From: an uncultured Mycoplasmatota bacterium
GTDB lineage: Bacteria > Bacillota_I > Bacilli_A > RF39 > UBA660
Reading direction: 5' to 3'
Length of the DNA stretch: 64,000 nt
NCBI GenBank assembly: GCA_900546715.1
Contig: UREA01000005.1
Location: 5,032 to 69,031, forward strand
The position numbers and the translations under genes were made by a program. Under the pieces are notes generated by a model. It was not told the origin of the DNA. It searched no databases and saw nothing but the letters and a program-made list of their open reading frames with translations. Of the stretch, positions 58,062 through 64,000 are shown piece by piece; positions within the stretch are counted from its first letter, which is position 1, and every line of letters begins with the position of its first letter.

Positions 58062-58389
58062 AAAATTCGGTTTTCCTTTTTAATCTTTTTCTGAAAGCTG
58101 AACTAAATTTAATACGCGGGTCTAAATATCCTGGATAATCTTTAGGAGGTAAAAATTCTCCTTTAGCCGGATTAAAATATACTTTATTTAATCTTGGAGG
58201 TTTTACTTTAAAACTAATTTTACCAATATTCAATACTTGAATGTCAATATAATTAGCTAAACATTCTTCTACAATGTCCTCATAAACTTTAAATACTTCT
58301 TTAATTGCTGAATAAGGAACACCAGTTCTATTCATAATTTCCGTATATGCTTCTTGATTTGTAATATAAGGATATTGTTTCTTTCCCAT
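58045..58389 (-). CDS. HU/IHF-like DNA-binding protein
   Basis: ..IQVLNIGKISFKVKPPRLNKVYFNPAKGEFLPPKDYPGYLDPRIKFSSAFRKRL fits the HU-fold pattern. Confidence 0.5.
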   Translation of the reverse strand: MGKKQYPYITNQEAYTEIMNRTGVPYSAIKEVFKVYEDIVEECLANYIDIQVLNIGKISFKVKPPRLNKVYFNPAKGEFLPPKDYPGYLDPRIKFSSAFRKRLKRKTEFFDKEE

Positions 58390-58464
58390 TTTTATTCTCC
58401 CTATTTGTTTCTATTTTATTTATTAAATATAATAATATTTTATATATTTCAATAGATTGTCGGC

Positions 58465-59107
58465 TTATTCTGAGTTCCGTTTTTCTTTTTTCCTTTGATT
58501 TTTCAGTTGTAATGAGCATTTTTCACTACAGGTTAGAGTATGTAATGCCATGTTTTTAGGAATAAATCTTCTTCCACAAACAATGCAGATTCTACTTTTA
58601 GGGTCTAAATTATTTTGTATATTGTCTATCATCACATCACCAAAACAATCCCATAGTCCTTTTTTAGCAGAAGTTTTTCTAACTGTATATAAATAAGCAA
58701 CTAAAGTATTCACAATATATTTAATATCTTCTCCGCTTTCCTCAATAATTTTCTCTCTCATATTTTTGTATTTATACATATCTTGATTTTTTATCCCTTT
58801 GTTCTTTTCTTTGAAGGTATGTAATCGTTTATTATAATAATCATAAAGCTGTATTATTGAATTATTATCAGAGATATTAAAACCAAAATTTAAGTCCATT
58901 AACATACGATAATCAAATTTATTAATAGATTCAGAAAAAATTATCTTAGAATCCGGTATTTTTTCGGCTATACGATTCATGGCAGATTTATTTTTCAAAT
59001 TTACCTGTTCCTTTTTTTTATCTTTAGCATAAATAAAAAAGTAGGGCAATTTCATATTGGTGTTTCTTTTTATAATTTCCTTCACATCTTTAGGCGGCTC
59101 TGGCAAC
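58465..59107 (-). CDS. YonO-like two-barrel RNA polymerase, exon 3
   Basis: The frame is open upstream of the track start. Joins as ..NNAV(M)LPEPPKDVK.. . C-terminal zinc ribbon CIVCG...CSEKC. Confidence 0.6.
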
Positions 59108-59417
59108 CACAGTGTTTTAGCAGAATCTCTTTTCTACCCTCGGTTTCCCGATATTTATTAGGGGAATAGACTATATCTTCATCTCTATAAGAATAGAGAG
59201 ACCGGCACTTCGGAATAAGGAGTTTCACCTTAAACCTACTCCCTTATGGGATAGTCGTTGCACCTTCCTTTTTATCAAAGGCTTGGCACAGAGTTGCCAT
59301 AATTCAATTTAATAAATTAAGGTTTTCTCTGTTAGCATGAATAAAATCCACACACCCTGTATTTACAGGTTCACCGGTTTTTACTTATACATCGCTGTAT
59401 AAGGTGACTATTATTTA
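59108..59417 (-). mobile_element. group I intron, ORF-less (RNAP intron 2)
   Basis: Follows exon U59418 and ends at G59108. Guide gtcac (59408-59404) pairs with exon gtgat. P7 strands lie on the + strand at 59252-59260 and 59169-59179. A 33-nt block at 59168-59200 is identical to dnaE intron 1 (8998-9030) on the opposite strand. Confidence 0.85.
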
Positions 59418-59695
59418 ATCACTGCATTATTATAAAAAGTTAACCAACGAATTACATTTAATTGTTCTTCTTCTATTTTTTTATTATTCCATATTTTAGT
59501 TATTTTATTAGATATAGGACCAATATTACCTTGAGTATAATTAAAAATCATACCTTCGTATATAGAATCAGAATCTAAATGCTTTTCTTTTGCTTTTTTT
59601 AACTCATAGTCTAAAGGAACTATATTTTTCATATTTCTTTCTGCAATAGAGCATATCAATTTACTTTGAATTACAAGCAATTTATCACCGTCGCA
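59418..59695 (-). CDS. YonO-like two-barrel RNA polymerase, exon 2
   Basis: Begins CDGDKLLVIQ.., which completes the metal-binding motif. Confidence 0.65.
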
Positions 59696-60595
59696 CGTAA
59701 AAGCTACTGACTATATCATAACCATGCGGTTTCCCGTTTAGGTCCAGTGCGCTTGGAAGCAGGGAGTTTCACCCTGCTTCTACTCTACTCAGTTATTACC
59801 TTGTAGCGGGTTCTGGCTTAATATCGAATTTATATATCATGGAAGGAACTTCATTTTTATATTTAGAAATTATTGAAAGAAATTTTCTCGCTTCTTTTGT
59901 ACCACACAATAAGCGATAATATTTATGATCTTTATTTTGATAAAATTTAATATGAAATTTTTCAAAAAACCAGTCAATAATTATTTGATTTTGATTTTGT
60001 TCTGCTTGAGTATTCAAATATAAAATGTTAGCAACCACTTGATTATTTTCTTTCTTTTTTGTCAAACTTCCATCATCTAAATACCAAATATAAAGTCCTA
60101 AAGATTCAATAGAATTTAATATAGATTTTTGATAGATTTTTTTAGAAGGTTTATATAATCTTCTTCTCCAAACCCTGATAAAATCATAAGATTTTGTTCT
60201 AAATTCATATCCACCATATTCATTATTATTAACATAATAAATTTCACTAACGGCTATTCCATTTTCTTTCAATATTTTTCTTTTCCATTCTAAATATTCT
60301 TTTTGTTTAATTGAATGACGAATACTTAAATAACCATTAGCATTAAATGTTCCATCTCCTAATGCCATCCATAATACTAAATTCCTTCCTAATTTTGTTG
60401 TTTTCATATTAAGTCTCCATACATATAAATGATGTTTTTTCCACCCTTAGTCGATAGAGGTTCCAGAATTTTTCTGGCTTCCTACGGAGTTGTGCTTACG
60501 TTCTCCGTTGCACTATTTTTAGTACATGGCATATTTATGCCTTCACACTGTTTTATATCCCATAGTTTCCTGATGGGTTCGACCGCGACGAACTA
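59696..60595 (-). mobile_element. group I intron with a LAGLIDADG ORF (RNAP intron 1)
   Basis: Follows exon U60596. A 6-bp P1 forms between guide gtcgaa (60583-60578) and exon ttcgat. P7 strands are atcgactaa (+ strand 60447-60455) and atgatatagtc (+ strand 59709-59719). Ends at G59696. Confidence 0.85.
59796..60407 (-). CDS. LAGLIDADG homing endonuclease (double-motif)
   Basis: Motifs LVLWMALGDGT and LYIWYLDDGS. 203 aa. Located between the two P7 strands. Confidence 0.8.
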   Translation of the reverse strand: MKTTKLGRNLVLWMALGDGTFNANGYLSIRHSIKQKEYLEWKRKILKENGIAVSEIYYVNNNEYGGYEFRTKSYDFIRVWRRRLYKPSKKIYQKSILNSIESLGLYIWYLDDGSLTKKKENNQVVANILYLNTQAEQNQNQIIIDWFFEKFHIKFYQNKDHKYYRLLCGTKEARKFLSIISKYKNEVPSMIYKFDIKPEPATR

Positions 60596-62188
60596 ATCGA
60601 ATTGTAATATTTTTGAAATTAAATCATGACAACTTGTATAAATGCACTTAGTGTTTCCGAACCAATATTCTATTTCAGTATTTTTATTATTGATTCTTAT
60701 AGGCCATTCTCTATATAAATGCGGACTTCTTAAACAAGCCAATTTCTTATTATCTTTGAAATCTTTACAATAAACTTCTCCTTTTTGTAATATTCCTTTC
60801 GGATTCTTAATTCCTAAAAATAACCATTCACAAAAAGCATAGAGATCAGGAGATACAAAATAATAACCTCCATTAACTCGTAATCGTCCAGCCTTTGCTT
60901 GTTTTACTAAACTAATTTTTGTTTGTTTCAATATATCTCGACAATAAGGATCACGTATTAATTCAGGATATAATATCAATGCTTGCTGAAACCAACTTGG
61001 ATTAATATTATTTTTTGTAGCTCCTAATAGACGCATACTTGTTTGAAAATCATTTCCTATGGAATTTATTTCTTTTATAGTATTTTTTATTAAATAATTA
61101 ATTTCATTAGAGGTAATATCTGTCAAAGTCTGCAGCATTTGATAATTTATACGGCTTTTAGGTATATAATTTTCTTCTATATTACAATAACATACTTCAC
61201 AATTATATTTTTTAAAATTATCTTTATATTCTTGCCAGGAAGAATAATATTTATACAATTTAAATTGAGATTTTGTGAATATATATTCAATTCCATCAGC
61301 TAAAATATCATATTCTTTACCATAAATATCTTTGATAATACATGTTCCATTTTTACATTTTTCTTTAATAAATTTGTCAAAAGGAAAAGTTATAAGCAAA
61401 CCTTTTATAAATGGTGCTCTAATCATTCTTGTAGGACCATTAAGCATAATACCACATCCATCAGTATGAGATATTTTAACTTCTTTTTCTTGTCGTGTTA
61501 TTTTATATGTTTTAGAATCAATATAATCTACTTCCTCTTGAACATTTGTTTCAAAATCTTCTACAACTATACTTTTATCAATGTCAAAATCGTTCCAAGG
61601 ATCGGTTGCTGAATTACTCAAAGCAAGATAACTTAAAAATTTATTTGGGTTTATACCGCCTTTTTCATTAATTTTTTCTATTGTTAATCCACACATTAAA
61701 GTCAAAGAAATTTTATTATATATTTTTTCTTTTATAAAAACACTTTTTTTTGTTCTTATTTGTCCAGCAGAAGCAGTTAAAAAAATATATTTTTCATTAT
61801 TGTATAAAAATCCATTTTTAACTAAATTTTTGAATACTTGAAAAAAATATACATCAACTATGAATAAGTCTTTAGTCAAAGAATTTGTTGTAATATTCAT
61901 AGTTCTTGTTAAACTGCTTTCAAATAAACTAATAATATTTTTTTCTTTAAGAGATTTTATATTCAATTCTCTAACAATATCACTATTTTTTTTAGCATCT
62001 AATAGACAAGTTAATTTTCTTTTTTCTTGTTTTATTAATTTATTGATCCATTTTTTACGCCATTCGGATTTATTTTTGTTTTTAGCTATATAAAGTCTTA
62101 ATAATCTTTTGTGAAAAAATTGTTCTTCTGAATTGTAAAAATCATCAGTAGAAATAGAATATAAAAAAATTTGTTTATTCAAACTCAT
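60596..62188 (-). CDS. YonO-like two-barrel (RdRP-like) single-subunit RNA polymerase, exon 1
   Basis: ..ACLRSPHLYREWPIRI...ILQFD|CDGDKLLVI aligns with the beta-prime pattern NRAPTLHR...NADFDGDQMAVH. The exon ends inside the DxDGD motif. Confidence 0.6.
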
Positions 62189-62862
62189 TTTTCATTCTCA
62201 CAGTCTTATTTAAGTATTTATTTTTTATTTTAATTATAATAATTTTTTAGTCTATTTTTATTTTTATTATACCACTCCTTCTCTTTATATAGGATTTGCT
62301 TTTAGAATCAAAAATAAAAAGATTTTTTATTGTAATTATAATAAAATAAAATTTTATGTTTTTGCAAGTAATTCTCTTCGCCCCGCAGGGAGTATAAATG
62401 CGGAGCAATTTGCATAATAACAAAGAACAAAAAGTTTTTGCATTTTTCAAAAAGAAAGTACCAAAGAAATTTTATTTTTAAAAAATAAAAATTTTATTTC
62501 ACTTCATTTCATTACGTTCAATAAAAATTTTATTTTTTAAAAATATATTATATTATTATTTGATATTTATTTATAAAATATATAATAATATAATATATTT
62601 TTTCTTTTTCTTTATATATTTCTTTTTCTTTTAATAAGTATATTTAATATATATATTAAATATATAAATATATTATATATAATAGTTTTTATAATGTCAA
62701 GTATAAAAATAGACAAATTTATTATATAATATATTATATATTTTATTCAAAATAACACTTGACAATTACAAGATGAATAGATAATATAAAGAAAAACAAA
62801 ACAGATAAAACGAGTGTGATCGGGGTGCGGAGCCCGCATGGACATAAAGGAGGAAAACAATC
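62189..62862. promoter_or_regulatory. extremely AT-rich divergent control region (candidate promoter hub or origin)
   Basis: No credible ORF. Palindromes: tatatttaatatatatattaaatata near 62640-62665, and aaattttatttttaaaaaataaaaatttt near 62470-62500. Iterated ataatatat motifs. Sits between divergently transcribed blocks. Confidence 0.5.
62759..62787 (+). promoter_or_regulatory. sigma70-like promoter (TTGACA-17 nt-TAATAT)
   Basis: ttgaca at 62759-62764 and taatat at 62782-62787. Confidence 0.5.
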
Positions 62863-63231
62863 TTGGCTCAGTTTTATAAAATGACGCTATATGTATGCGA
62901 TTTGGAAGAAAACCTTTCCTTTGATGAAATCAAAAGACTTATTAAATGTGATGCTCTTGATGGCATTTCTATCAGCTGTGTCACCCACTTTGCAAATGAA
63001 AAAGTCGGTGCTCATGTAGACTGGGATGACGATATCGACATCAACTATACAAACTCCACAACAGAGCAGTGGGAAAAGTATTTTTACGACAGCAAGTATC
63101 GTATTTTGTGTGACAAGGGAAAGGGCGTATGTCCAAATTGTCATCGGATTGATAGCATAGACCAGCTTGCACGATACTGTAGATATTGTGGTGCAAAACT
63201 GGCTCAGGAGGACAAACATGAGGCTGATTGA
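62863..63231 (+). CDS. hypothetical protein with a C-terminal zinc ribbon
   Basis: TTG start after aaggagg. CPNCH...CRYCG. GC-richer island. Confidence 0.4.
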   Translation: MAQFYKMTLYVCDLEENLSFDEIKRLIKCDALDGISISCVTHFANEKVGAHVDWDDDIDINYTNSTTEQWEKYFYDSKYRILCDKGKGVCPNCHRIDSIDQLARYCRYCGAKLAQEDKHEAD

Positions 63232-63421
63232 TGCTGCTATGGCCCCGATCTATCTGAATGAAAGTGCCTGCGATCAAATTAAGATGATGCCCACCATCGA
63301 CGCCGTGTCTGTAGTCAGGTGCCGGGAATGCAAGTATGGCAAAGAGAGTAAAATTTCCTTTGATTGTGATGGGAAAACTTCTCTTTGTGAATGTCCGCAC
63401 ATGATGTTGATACACCAGTGA
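63218..63421 (+). CDS. hypothetical Cys-rich small protein
   Basis: ATG at 63218 after aggagg. Translates to MRLIDAAMAPIY...VVRCRECKYG... Confidence 0.4.
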   Translation: MRLIDAAMAPIYLNESACDQIKMMPTIDAVSVVRCRECKYGKESKISFDCDGKTSLCECPHMMLIHQ

Positions 63422-63546
63422 GATGAGTATTGCAGTTTTGGTGAACGAAAAAGAATCAGCTACGAAGAATAATTAGAGCGATTATATTCTTCTAATTTGC
63501 TATTGCATGGATTAATAAAAAAAATAATGTAAAAAAAGGAGAAAAT

Positions 63547-63879
63547 ATGAAAAAATATGTAAAAGAAAATATATTTGATTCACGTGAAGCAATTCTTGAA
63601 GAAGCAGAAAGAATTGTTTCGCAAGATCGTAACAAAGAATATGGTGGACCTGAAAATTCTTTTTCTTTAATTGCTAAACTTTGGGAGCCTGTAATTAGTT
63701 CAAGATGTGTAGCTGAAGGGACAGAAGTAAAAGTAGACGAAGTAACAGTAGCTTTACTTATGGCTTTATTAAAAATTGCTCGTGCGTCTTCTAATCAAAA
63801 TCATATAGACAGTTGGATAGATTGTTGTGGATATATGGCTTGTGGTGGAGAATTGGCAATGTTGGAGGTAGAAAGTTGA
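63547..63879 (+). CDS. conserved phage protein of unknown function
   Basis: The pattern ..SQDRNKEYGGPENSFSLIAKLW....VALLMALLKIARA....HIDSWIDCCGYMACGGE recurs in many phage genomes, as I recall it. Confidence 0.4.
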   Translation: MKKYVKENIFDSREAILEEAERIVSQDRNKEYGGPENSFSLIAKLWEPVISSRCVAEGTEVKVDEVTVALLMALLKIARASSNQNHIDSWIDCCGYMACGGELAMLEVES

Positions 63880-64000
63880 ATAAAACAACATGTAAAGTAT
63901 GCGGGTATGTATTTGAATTAACTAAGAAGCGACATTATATTGCCCGTGAAAAAACAGAACTATTTCTTTTACCTTCTAATAAAATGGAGCCTACCCTATA
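63876..64000 (+). CDS. hypothetical protein, truncated by the window end
   Basis: TTG start after ggagg. Translates to MNKTTCKVCGYVFELTKKRHYIAREK... Confidence 0.3.
   Translation, partial: MNKTTCKVCGYVFELTKKRHYIAREKTELFLLPSNKMEPTL

Noticed and set aside
62247-62450. Track ORF of 67 aa in the AT-rich intergenic region
   Set aside because: Low-complexity, AT-driven frame with no RBS and an implausible composition. It lies in the divergent control region.
62460-62760. CRISPR array or tRNA genes in the repeat-rich AT region (and tRNAs anywhere in the window)
   Set aside because: The repeats are short, irregular AT-rich iterations without regular spacers. No cloverleaf-compatible sequence with a GTTC T-loop and acceptor stem was seen anywhere in the window.
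1-64000. Alternative genetic code (stop-codon reassignment) as the cause of the fragmented genes
   Set aside because: Many very long ORFs are intact under the standard code, including the 1379-aa TMP exon, the helicase, the terminase and the portal. All fragmentation is explained by discrete intron blocks, not by scattered in-frame stops of one type.

Overview
AT-rich dsDNA phage genome segment. It looks siphovirus-like: there is a tube gene and a very long tape measure gene, and no sheath gene is seen. Layout: (1) 1-16.8 kb, + strand, early/replication block driven by sigma70-like promoters. It holds a ToxN/AbiQ-like toxin locus, an orphan structured RNA, cysteine desulfurase, Toprim primase, amidase endolysin, dCMP deaminase, RecJ-like exonuclease, DnaE-type polymerase, an XRE regulator, a RecD-like helicase and dUTPase. 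(2) 16.8-62.2 kb, - strand, late block. It holds a multi-paralog tail-fibre cassette, holin, baseplate proteins, tape measure, RuvC, tail tube, connectors, capsid, scaffold, portal, terminase, metallophosphoesterase, two HU-like proteins and a YonO-like two-barrel RNA polymerase. (3) 62.2-62.9 kb is an extremely AT-rich divergent control region, followed by a new + strand block. The outstanding feature is nine group I introns (about 5.5 kb in total) in four essential genes: dnaE has 2, the tape measure gene 4, the tail tube gene 1 and the RNAP gene 2. Splice sites were worked out by hand from P1 guide pairing, the exon-U/omega-G rule and restoration of family motifs. Two introns carry homing endonucleases (one LAGLIDADG, one Vsr/DUF559-like). 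Two carry non-endonuclease cargo: a beta-class DNA methyltransferase, and a promoter-equipped small membrane protein. Other points worth a second look are three long G tracts confined to the tail-fibre module (one breaks a reading frame), an in-frame TAA between the tube gene and an Ig-like ORF, and GC-richer islands. No tRNA, rRNA, CRISPR array, integrase or reverse transcriptase was recognised. All functional calls rest on motif recognition by eye and need HMM or structure searches.
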